Of a stretch of DNA of 29,661 nt, positions 14,872-22,548 are shown one piece after another. The position numbers were made by a program, and so were the translations under genes. This stretch comes from Fimbriimonadaceae bacterium. Lineage in GTDB: Bacteria > Armatimonadota > Fimbriimonadia > Fimbriimonadales > Fimbriimonadaceae. Location: assembly GCA_041911835.1 (NCBI GenBank), contig JAYROD010000345.1, positions 1 to 29,661 on the forward strand, given 5' to 3'. The notes under the pieces were generated by a model, which had not been told where the DNA came from, searched no databases, and was given only the letters and a program-made list of their open reading frames with translations. The stretch's first letter is position 1, and every line of letters starts with the position of its first letter.

Positions 14872-17250
14872 GTGGACGCCCAACCACCCCTGAACCTGCC
14901 TGAGGCCCCGGCGTGGGCGGTCGCTGCCGGCGAGGCGGGCCGTTGGTGCATCTATCTCGCGTTCGCGCTCTTTCTCTTGTCTGCGGTTGGCTATTGGTTC
15001 GGGCGCCCATCCTTCGAGCGTTGGCCCCAGCGATTTTTCACCTTCGGCTGTTTGGCCCTGTTTGGCGCCTTCGGGCTCTTGGCATCGCTTTTCGTCACAG
15101 ATCAATTCGAATTCCAGTACGTTTTCTCGCACAGCGACGCCTTGGCTGCGATGCCGTACAAGGTCGCCGCGATCTGGTCCGGTCAGGAAGGCAGCTTCTT
15201 GCTCTGGGCATGCACTTCGGCGATCTTTGGCCTCCTCGTCGCGCCTCGGACAGCCCAGTTTCGGCGCTGGTTTACGGTTCCTTACGCCTTCTTCTTGGCC
15301 GGACTGGCGGGAATCTTGTCGTATGAGACCCCATTCACCATGCCGTTGATCGATGGGAGGCACCTCGTACCACCAACCGGCGCGGGCATGGCGCCGTCGC
15401 TCATGAACTATTGGGTGACCATTCACCCGCCCACTATCTTCCTCGGCTTTGGCTCGCTGGCAGTGCTCTTTTGTTGGGCGCTGAGCGCCATGGTCAATCG
15501 AGACCTCAAGAGCTGGGTGCCCCTCATTCGACCTTGGGCGATTGTGTCTACCACGCTCTTGGGGTTGGGGCTGACGATGGGTGGCTTTTGGGCATATGAA
15601 ACGTTGGGCTGGGGTGGCTTTTGGGCGTGGGATCCGGTCGAAAACGTTAGCTTTGTGCCCTGGTGCCTATCCGTTGCTTTTCTTCACGGCATATTTGTTC
15701 AAACAGCGAAGGGCAAGTGGATATTGGGCAATGCGATACTAGCTGCCTCAGCATTCCTCAGTTTCGTCTATGGAACGTTCTTGACTCGCTCAGGATTTCT
15801 GGGTGACACGAGCGTACACAGCTTCGCGGAGATGAACCGCACGGCGCTTTGGCTGCTTGTCGCCATCTTGGGCGCGGGGCTGCTCGCGTTCGGTTGGCAG
15901 TATTTCAGCCGCCTCATCCAATTCCGGCGCCAGCCTCAGATTGAGAGCGCCCCCGATGAGGACGCAACCCTGTTCTCAAAGCGAAATGCCTACGGAGTGG
16001 CCATTTGGCTCATGGTGGCATTCGCGCTCGGTGCGGGCGTCGGCATGAGCTGGCCCCTGGTGACCTCGATCGCGCTGAGCAAGCCCTTGGTGGTCGAGGC
16101 GCCACTTTATCATAAAGTTTTTAGCTGGTTCTTTCTCTTTACGATGCTGGGGATGGCATTGGGACCCTGGTTGAGCTGGCGCGGGACCGGCTTTCGCGCG
16201 CTGGCGACTCGGCTTTCGAATATCGTCGCACTGACTCTGGGGCTCCTCGGATTGATCGTTATCTGGATCAAGCTGCCAGATCACGGAGTGGGCCTCGAAC
16301 CGGGCGCTTCGATCCAAATGCCCTTCGGGATGTCGGCGCCCCTTGTGCCGTGGATGGCGACACTGATCGGATTCAGTCTGTTCGCACTACTCTCCAACCT
16401 CTGGTTCGGCATTGAGCGAATTCGCCGGAGCCCCGGCTCGCTCGGGGGCATCGTCATGCATCTGGGAGTCATCGTGACGCTGACGGGCTTGATCGTATCG
16501 CGTGGATTTGAGCGATCGGCACGCTTCGGCGTTCAGGATGGCCACCCCGCTACCGCCCTGGGATATACGGTTTCCTATCTCGGGCCAACCAAGACGGATT
16601 TGGCGGATCGCGACAATAAGATTCGGTTCGTCGTCGATAGTCCATCTGAGAAATTTGAAGCGACCCCGGGCCTCTACTACATTCCCCGCGACGATCAGCC
16701 ACCGTCCCCAATGGTTTGGCCGTATATACACCGTCATCCATTCTATGACTTGTACTTTTCGTTAGGACCGATGGTATTCGAGGCGACCGATCCGATCACG
16801 TTCAAGGTTGGCGAAAGCAAGCTCTTCCAGGAAGAGAAGATGCTCCTAACCTATCGGCGGATGACGGTGCAGGGCACCCCAGGAACCGTTGGCGTTAAGT
16901 TCGGCGCGGTGATGGAGCTCAAGTCCGCTTCGGGGACCATTACGGCCACCCCCACCTTCCAGGTGGGCAAAGACGGCCCCGTGTTCGAGGAGGCCCGGCT
17001 CAACGACAGTCTTTCGATCAAGCTGCTTCGAATCGACGCCAAAGACAAGTCGGTGACGGTGCAACTGAATTACGCGACTCCCCTATTCCCTGTGGAGCTT
17101 TTCTACAAACCGATGACGATCCTCGTGTGGCTGGGCGCTGGTATCATGGCGATCGGCGGCACGCTCGCCGCGCTTTACCGCAGAAATCGCCCCAAGATGG
17201 CCGTCGCCGAGCCCGGCCGAGAGGCAGAAGACATTCGAGCGGCCGTTTGA
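14872..17250 (+). CDS. ccmF: Cytochrome c heme lyase CcmF
   Basis: WSGQEGSFLLW, IHPP, WWD domain WAYETLGWGGFWAWDPVEN, AFLHG, FLTRSG...SVHSFA and MHLGV, with many TM helices. Confidence 0.95.
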   Translation: MDAQPPLNLPEAPAWAVAAGEAGRWCIYLAFALFLLSAVGYWFGRPSFERWPQRFFTFGCLALFGAFGLLASLFVTDQFEFQYVFSHSDALAAMPYKVAAIWSGQEGSFLLWACTSAIFGLLVAPRTAQFRRWFTVPYAFFLAGLAGILSYETPFTMPLIDGRHLVPPTGAGMAPSLMNYWVTIHPPTIFLGFGSLAVLFCWALSAMVNRDLKSWVPLIRPWAIVSTTLLGLGLTMGGFWAYETLGWGGFWAWDPVENVSFVPWCLSVAFLHGIFVQTAKGKWILGNAILAASAFLSFVYGTFLTRSGFLGDTSVHSFAEMNRTALWLLVAILGAGLLAFGWQYFSRLIQFRRQPQIESAPDEDATLFSKRNAYGVAIWLMVAFALGAGVGMSWPLVTSIALSKPLVVEAPLYHKVFSWFFLFTMLGMALGPWLSWRGTGFRALATRLSNIVALTLGLLGLIVIWIKLPDHGVGLEPGASIQMPFGMSAPLVPWMATLIGFSLFALLSNLWFGIERIRRSPGSLGGIVMHLGVIVTLTGLIVSRGFERSARFGVQDGHPATALGYTVSYLGPTKTDLADRDNKIRFVVDSPSEKFEATPGLYYIPRDDQPPSPMVWPYIHRHPFYDLYFSLGPMVFEATDPITFKVGESKLFQEEKMLLTYRRMTVQGTPGTVGVKFGAVMELKSASGTITATPTFQVGKDGPVFEEARLNDSLSIKLLRIDAKDKSVTVQLNYATPLFPVELFYKPMTILVWLGAGIMAIGGTLAALYRRNRPKMAVAEPGREAEDIRAAV

Positions 17251-17253
17251 CCC

Positions 17254-17616
17254 ATGCGCCTTTATCATCTGTTGAAAGCCAAGCTCCATCACGCGCGCGT
17301 CACGTACGCGAATGCAGACTATGTCGGAAGCATCCAGATTTGCGAGGACCTGATGACCCGCGTTGGGCTGATCGATGGGGAACTGGTTCACGTTTGGGCG
17401 GTCGATCACTCTGCCCGGATCGAGACGTATGCCTTCGGAGGGCCGCAGGGCGTGATTGGGCTGAACGGAGGGGCAGCACAGTTCTTTGAACCTGGAGACC
17501 GACTGATAATCGCGGCATTCGCGCTCTCCGACAAGCCGATCGTCCCCAAAATCGTATTGCTCGACGAGGAGAACCATGTCATCCGAGATCTCACACCCTT
17601 CAGCATCCTCGGTTGA
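17254..17616 (+). CDS. panD: Aspartate 1-decarboxylase
   Basis: LLKAKLHHARVT, self-cleavage site YVG-SI, RIETY, LNGGAA and GDRLIIAAF. Confidence 0.95.
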   Translation: MRLYHLLKAKLHHARVTYANADYVGSIQICEDLMTRVGLIDGELVHVWAVDHSARIETYAFGGPQGVIGLNGGAAQFFEPGDRLIIAAFALSDKPIVPKIVLLDEENHVIRDLTPFSILG

Positions 17617-18196
17617 CCTGGGCAGACTGCTCGAGGAGTCTGGCGCCATTCAAAAGGGCCATTTTGTCCTCTCGAGCGGGCGTCACAGCGACACGTATGT
17701 CGAGAAATTCCGCGTATTGGAGCGCCCGGACGTGCTTTCCGCGCTGTGCGGCGAGATCGTGGGTTGGCTGAGCGGCAAGTCGATCGAATTGGTTGCGGGG
17801 CCGACGACGGGGGGAGTCATCATTGCGTTCGAGATCGCCCGACAGGCCGGGACCCCCGCGATCTATGTGGAGAGCGTGGACGGCGTCAAGCAGATTCGCC
17901 GAAATGCCCAAATCCCCCCAGGTGCGCGAGTGTTGGTCGTCGATGACGTCCTCACGACGGGTGGATCGCTGATCGAAGTGGCCGAGGCCATTCGAATGGC
18001 CGGAGGCGAGGTGGTGGCCGCCGCGGTGCTCATCGACCGCTCCGAGGTCCCTTTGAACTTGGAGTACCCAATTTTCGCGGCATATCGAGTCGAGGCGAAA
18101 AGTTTTCCACAAGATTCTCTGCCGGAGTGGCTGGCAAAGACTCCGGCGGTCAAACCGGGGACCCGTCCGGGGGGATCTTCGAGCCCTTCAGGCTGA
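17576..18196 (+). CDS. pyrE: Orotate phosphoribosyltransferase
   Basis: GHFVLSSGRHS..YVEK, PRPP-binding motif LVVDDVLTTGGS and LIDRS. A GAGGAG RBS lies 4 nt before the ATG at 17576. Confidence 0.93.
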   Translation: MSSEISHPSASSVDLGRLLEESGAIQKGHFVLSSGRHSDTYVEKFRVLERPDVLSALCGEIVGWLSGKSIELVAGPTTGGVIIAFEIARQAGTPAIYVESVDGVKQIRRNAQIPPGARVLVVDDVLTTGGSLIEVAEAIRMAGGEVVAAAVLIDRSEVPLNLEYPIFAAYRVEAKSFPQDSLPEWLAKTPAVKPGTRPGGSSSPSG

Positions 18197-18333
18197 GTTC
18201 GAACCTGGGTTTGGTTCCGCCTGGCAAAGTTCCTAGGTGCTTTTCCGCCCGGAAAGGCGTCTCTATACCGATGCTTGAACCGCAGGTTCGGAGGAATATT
18301 ACGCAAATCGATAAAAATTCAGGCTCAGGGGGC

Positions 18334-18362
18334 TTGAATGTCGCGCGTAAGTTTGCTATGAT
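18334..18362 (+). promoter_or_regulatory. Sigma70-type promoter for the large lipoprotein gene
   Basis: TTGAAT (18334-18339), exactly 17 nt, then TATGAT (18357-18362), with an extended -10 TG (TTTGcTATGAT). Confidence 0.75.
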
Positions 18363-18382
18363 TGTGTGGTTCCTATCTAACA

Positions 18383-18430
18383 CATCCATTACGGACAGTG
18401 GAGGAGCATCCATTAAGGACAGTGGAGGAG
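18383..18430 (+). repeat. Tandem 24-bp direct repeat (2 copies, 1 mismatch) in the lipoprotein 5' leader
   Basis: CATCCATTACGGACAGTGGAGGAG (18383-18406) followed by CATCCATTAAGGACAGTGGAGGAG (18407-18430). The ATG is at 18433. Confidence 0.95.
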
Positions 18431-18432
18431 AT

Positions 18433-21114
18433 ATGAGACAGAAGCGTGCGCGTGTTGCGCTTGCGTGGTTGTATCCACTCATAGTTTTGGCGTTGGGTGG
18501 CTCAGCCATCCTTTCGTCCACGGGCTGCGGTGGTTCCAGCGATAATGGCGGAACTGGCGGCTCGGGGACTCTTCGAGTTAATGCAACGTTTGCGCCGTCG
18601 ACGTCGAAGGAAGCGGACGGGTTCATTGGGTCTCTGCAGGTAACGGTTAAGGACTCTGCAGGTCAGGTTCAGGGAACACCGGCTTGTCTGACTCGATCGA
18701 ATACGTCGGCGCAGTTTGACAATCTTGCAGACGGCTCCGGCTACGTGGTTGAGGTCAAGGGTTACCGAGCCACCAACTGCAGCGGAGACGTTATGGCGAC
18801 GGCGAACATCGGAGCAACCGTCAACGGTACTTCGACTCCCGCGATCGATGTTTCGGCGAACCTTTCGTCGGCCATCACCAGCGTGACGATCGACCCACAA
18901 GGAATCGCTCCGTTTGATCCAGGCGCAACGGCCACTTTCACCGCTACGGCTAAGGCCGGCAGCACGGTGGTTTTGACCTCTGCCCAGGATTCCAGCTTCG
19001 TGTATTCGGTTACGCCGAGCACCCTCGGTACGATCAACCAGAGCACGGGCGTTTTCACCGCTGCCAGCAATCTGAACGCAGATACCGCCGGTACGGTTAG
19101 CGTCGCACTGAAGGGCCTCAGCGCCAGCAGCGCGATCTCCGTTAAGGCAGCTGTGGGTCAGGCTAAGTTCAAAGTGAAGTGGGGCGCTATTGAGTACAAG
19201 CGCGATGTCGCCGGTTATGCCGGTGGTGTTGGCGTCGTTCTCACGAACACCTCGACCGGTCTTGCTATTCCGGCATTCTTCGCTCGCCCGGCTAATTTGA
19301 ACGCCACCGAGCAGGAGTACTTCATCGGCGGCCCGAACGTTCAGCAGGGCGCCTATACGCTGCAGGTCGAAGCCTTCACCGGCAACACCGACGCAGCCCG
19401 AGGCAACAGCCTTGGTATCGTTACCGTTCCGTTGACGGTTCCCGTCACGGCTGCGAACGAAGTGACGATCAGCGATCGACTCGACGGCAACGTCGCCAAG
19501 ATCGTGATCTCCTACCTCCGCGGTACGTGGAAGGATCTCGCTCCTGGCGGAACGCTCAACATGTTCATTGGTGACACGGTCAACCTCGACGCGCGAGCTG
19601 TCGACTCGGCCGGTAACGCACTGTTCTTCTCCGACTTCATCAAGTTCACCGTTCCTGCAGGGCAGACCGTTGTGAACCTCGATGACGTCAACCAGAAGGT
19701 CAGCGGCGTCGCTCTCGGTTCCACCGTCCTCACCGCCAAGGCGGGCGTGGCTACGGGTCCGAGCGCCACTGCTAACATCGTGATCGGCGCCGGCTTCGTG
19801 GTTGCCTACCAGTTCTTCGACGATCGACCAGGCGCGTTCTGCCAGAACATCGCCGTCTCGACTCCTCGAAATGGCTTCGCAACCGCTACCGAGTGGGTCT
19901 GCGACGTCGGCAACAATGGCGACTACTTTGACTCCGTTTCCTATCCGAACGGCTTCGGTCTGACGGCTGGTAACGACTATCAGGTCATCGAGCCCGCCAT
20001 CAGCGCGGACGGCAAGTACTTGCTCTTCGTCGTTGACATTCTTCAGAGTGCAACGTTCGTCGGCAACTGCGCCAACTACGGCAAAGACATCGTCAGCATG
20101 CAGATCGTGTACGATTCGAACGGTCGAATCACCGGTCTCGTAAACCCGGCTCGCGAAACCAAGCCGAACGACGGACACGAAGATCGAATGCCGACCTTCA
20201 ATCCGAAGCTCGAGGGTGGCGCGGCTCTGCCGACCATGTACTGGTCATCGATGAACTTCAACCAGGCCGGCGTCTTCAATGGCGAGAACGGCACCCTCTG
20301 GGAGTTCGGCGTTCCTGGCTCTGACTGGCCCAGCGTTCGCAAGATCTTCAAGAAGGTCATCCACTCTGGCGAATCCACCCAGACTCAGGTCACCGGTGGT
20401 TCGATCGGAACGGGTGGCGCAGAAGGCAACCACTTCTGGCCCGTCATCAATCCGGATGGAGCCGTCATGGCCATCATCCAGAAGCAACCGGCAAGCGGAA
20501 TCAACTTCGTGCAGTTCGGCGACACCCTCGCCAACCAGTGGCCGCGAACGAACTCGGCAGTATCGCCGTTCTTCTCGTTCTTCGGTCTGCCGTTTGGTGG
20601 CGCAACTCCTGAAACCGACCTCGGCTTCGAGAGCGCTCCGAACGACTTCGCGAGCACAGTTCCGTGGACTGTCAACGTAGACAACGGCGGCGTAGCCTCC
20701 GGTCCGTTCCCTGGTCAGATCGTACTCTTCGACCTGGCTACAACGTCAACCGCGACTTCGCCCGAAGTCAACATCAACCAGCAGTATCGACTTGCATGGC
20801 GACCGACGAAGAACGAAATCTTCGCTGTTCGAAACATCGCCGGCTTCAATCGAATCGACGTTCTTGAGAACGCTGTGATCGGCTCGCCGCTCAACGTGTT
20901 CCGACAAGAGCAGACTGGTGTTGTTGCTCCGTTCGCCGCGATCATCGCCAACCCGCTTCTCGCAGGATTCGTCCCGCAGGAGACCCTGGCTTATCGCGAG
21001 CCGTCCGGACAGGTTCGATTCCGAACCGACCTCGACACGCCCAACCTCGTTGGCGACGTGTACCCGGGTATCGGCTTCGGTCAGAACGACGTCTTCCCAG
21101 TGCCGAACCGCTAA
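18433..21114 (+). CDS. Large (893 aa) surface lipoprotein: duplicated beta-sandwich plus Ig-like modules and a C-terminal TolB/PD40-like propeller region
   Basis: Start reassigned to ATG at 18433 after GGAGGAG (track start 18127). Basic N-region, hydrophobic H-region and lipobox-like STG-C32 followed by a Gly/Ser linker. Ig-like (Big_2-type) segments begin ITSVTIDP and VAKIVIS. Blade-like motifs are EPAISADGKYLLF, WPVINPDGAVMAI and LAWRPTKNEIFAV. Confidence 0.85.
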   Translation: MRQKRARVALAWLYPLIVLALGGSAILSSTGCGGSSDNGGTGGSGTLRVNATFAPSTSKEADGFIGSLQVTVKDSAGQVQGTPACLTRSNTSAQFDNLADGSGYVVEVKGYRATNCSGDVMATANIGATVNGTSTPAIDVSANLSSAITSVTIDPQGIAPFDPGATATFTATAKAGSTVVLTSAQDSSFVYSVTPSTLGTINQSTGVFTAASNLNADTAGTVSVALKGLSASSAISVKAAVGQAKFKVKWGAIEYKRDVAGYAGGVGVVLTNTSTGLAIPAFFARPANLNATEQEYFIGGPNVQQGAYTLQVEAFTGNTDAARGNSLGIVTVPLTVPVTAANEVTISDRLDGNVAKIVISYLRGTWKDLAPGGTLNMFIGDTVNLDARAVDSAGNALFFSDFIKFTVPAGQTVVNLDDVNQKVSGVALGSTVLTAKAGVATGPSATANIVIGAGFVVAYQFFDDRPGAFCQNIAVSTPRNGFATATEWVCDVGNNGDYFDSVSYPNGFGLTAGNDYQVIEPAISADGKYLLFVVDILQSATFVGNCANYGKDIVSMQIVYDSNGRITGLVNPARETKPNDGHEDRMPTFNPKLEGGAALPTMYWSSMNFNQAGVFNGENGTLWEFGVPGSDWPSVRKIFKKVIHSGESTQTQVTGGSIGTGGAEGNHFWPVINPDGAVMAIIQKQPASGINFVQFGDTLANQWPRTNSAVSPFFSFFGLPFGGATPETDLGFESAPNDFASTVPWTVNVDNGGVASGPFPGQIVLFDLATTSTATSPEVNINQQYRLAWRPTKNEIFAVRNIAGFNRIDVLENAVIGSPLNVFRQEQTGVVAPFAAIIANPLLAGFVPQETLAYREPSGQVRFRTDLDTPNLVGDVYPGIGFGQNDVFPVPNR

Positions 21115-21137
21115 GGCTAAAGCATCAGGAAAACGTA

Positions 21138-21175
21138 GGAACCCCGGCCCCCAAAAGGGCCGGGGTCCTTTTTTT
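21138..21175 (+). terminator. Rho-independent terminator of the lipoprotein gene
   Basis: ACCCCGGCCC, loop CCAAAA, GGGCCGGGGT (perfect 10-bp stem), then CC and seven T. Confidence 0.92.
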
Positions 21176-21194
21176 GTGCAGGAAGGATAGGAAC

Positions 21195-22538
21195 CTAAGA
21201 GCCCTTGGCCATGCGAGCGAAGGTCTCTTTATCGACCGCCCGCATCATGCACTCTTCATAAGAGCAGTAGCCGTTCTTGAAGAGGTCCGCAAGGGATCGG
21301 TCCATCGTCTGCATCCCCAGCTGGGCAGATGTCTCGATAACTGAGTACATCTGGTGGGTCTTGCCCTCGCGGATGAGGTTCTTGATAGCCGGCGAACCAA
21401 TCATGATCTCGATGGCGGCGTTTCGACCTCCGCCGAGGCGAGGCAGAAGCTGCTGAGACACAACTCCCTCGAGCGTGTTACCCAGGAGCACGCGGATCTG
21501 ATCCTGCTGATCGCTGGGAAACACGTCGATGACGCGGTCGACGGTAGATGGCGCGTTCCGGGTGTGGAGCGTTCCAAACACCAGGTGTCCCGTTTCGGCG
21601 AGAGTGAGCGCGGCTTCGATGGTTTCCAGGTCGCGAAGTTCACCGACGAGGATGATGTCTGGGTCCTCGCGGAGCACTGCGCGCAGGGAATTGTGGAAGC
21701 TGAATGTGTCCGAGTGCATCTCCCGTTGGTTCACCATGCACTTCTTGTGGGAGTGGAGGTATTCGATCGGGTCCTCGATGGTGAGGATGTGCGCCTGGCG
21801 GTTGTCGTTGATGTCGTCGATCATCGTGGCGATCGTCGTCGATTTGCCCGATCCGGTCGGACCCGTGACCAGCACAAGACCAGATGAGCGCTTCGCCATC
21901 TCTCGGATGGTGTTAGGCAGGCCGAGCTGCTCGAAGCTGGGGATCTTGGTCGGAATGGCACGAAGGGCCGCGGCAACGCTTCCGCGTTGCATATAGGCGT
22001 TGAATCGAAAGCGACCGAGATCCTTCACACCATAACCGAAGTCCAGTTCGTGCGTGTCCTCGAATTTTTGCAGGTTATCGTTGGAAAGCGTGTCATAGAC
22101 CAACCGACGAGCGTCTTGGGCCTCAAGTGGCACGTAGGGAAGCGGAACGATCTCGCCATCGACCCGGACCATTGGTGGGAGCCCCACCGTGATATGAACG
22201 TCGCTTGCCTTCCGTTCGACCGCCATCCGGAGGATGTCGTCGATGTGTACGCCGTTCAGCGGCTGAGCATTCTCCATGGAGTACGTGTTCAGCTTGTGGC
22301 CGGCCTCGTTGCCTACGTCGTACTTGCTCGCGTTCACTTCGGGCATCAGCACCGATTCGGGGACCGGGGCTGGGGTGTACCCGTTCTGACGCGGCGGCGC
22401 ATCCGTTTCGGGTATCGCTTTGGCGTTGACGGGCATCCCATTCCGGGGATCGATCGCCAAGCCCTCCTTTTCAGCGGGGTTCGCTACGGTGGGCTGATCA
22501 CCCAGCACCTTGTTCCAAGAGAACTCTTTTTCTGCCAT
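21195..22538 (-). CDS. pilT: Type IV pilus retraction ATPase PilT with an N-terminal extension
   Basis: ASDVHITVG.PP..RVDG, GRFRFNAY, Walker A GPTGSGKSTT, TIEDPIE, LREDPDIILVGELRD, His box HLVFGTLHT, and AIKNLIRE (AIRNLIRE-like). Confidence 0.95.
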   Translation of the reverse strand: MAEKEFSWNKVLGDQPTVANPAEKEGLAIDPRNGMPVNAKAIPETDAPPRQNGYTPAPVPESVLMPEVNASKYDVGNEAGHKLNTYSMENAQPLNGVHIDDILRMAVERKASDVHITVGLPPMVRVDGEIVPLPYVPLEAQDARRLVYDTLSNDNLQKFEDTHELDFGYGVKDLGRFRFNAYMQRGSVAAALRAIPTKIPSFEQLGLPNTIREMAKRSSGLVLVTGPTGSGKSTTIATMIDDINDNRQAHILTIEDPIEYLHSHKKCMVNQREMHSDTFSFHNSLRAVLREDPDIILVGELRDLETIEAALTLAETGHLVFGTLHTRNAPSTVDRVIDVFPSDQQDQIRVLLGNTLEGVVSQQLLPRLGGGRNAAIEIMIGSPAIKNLIREGKTHQMYSVIETSAQLGMQTMDRSLADLFKNGYCSYEECMMRAVDKETFARMAKGS

Positions 22539-22548
22539 TGTTTTTCAC

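Noticed and set aside
14353-15426. 357-aa minus-strand ORF over ccmE and ccmF
   Set aside because: Arg-rich, motif-free and antisense to two clearly identified genes.
18219-18273. Possible c-di-GMP-I (GEMM) riboswitch, because GGCAAAG and TACCGATG resemble parts of the Vc2 aptamer
   Set aside because: There is no P1b GGCAAACC...GAAA...GG arm and no tetraloop receptor, and the element lies upstream of the predicted promoter. A cmscan with RF01051 would settle it.
18383-18430. 24-bp repeat as a mini-CRISPR or insertion target-site duplication
   Set aside because: The two units abut with no spacer or intervening element, and there are no cas or transposase genes.
18127-18432. 102-codon in-frame upstream extension of the lipoprotein ORF in the track
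   Set aside because: It overlaps pyrE, runs through a clear sigma70 promoter and would bury the signal peptide. ATG 18433 has a strong SD.
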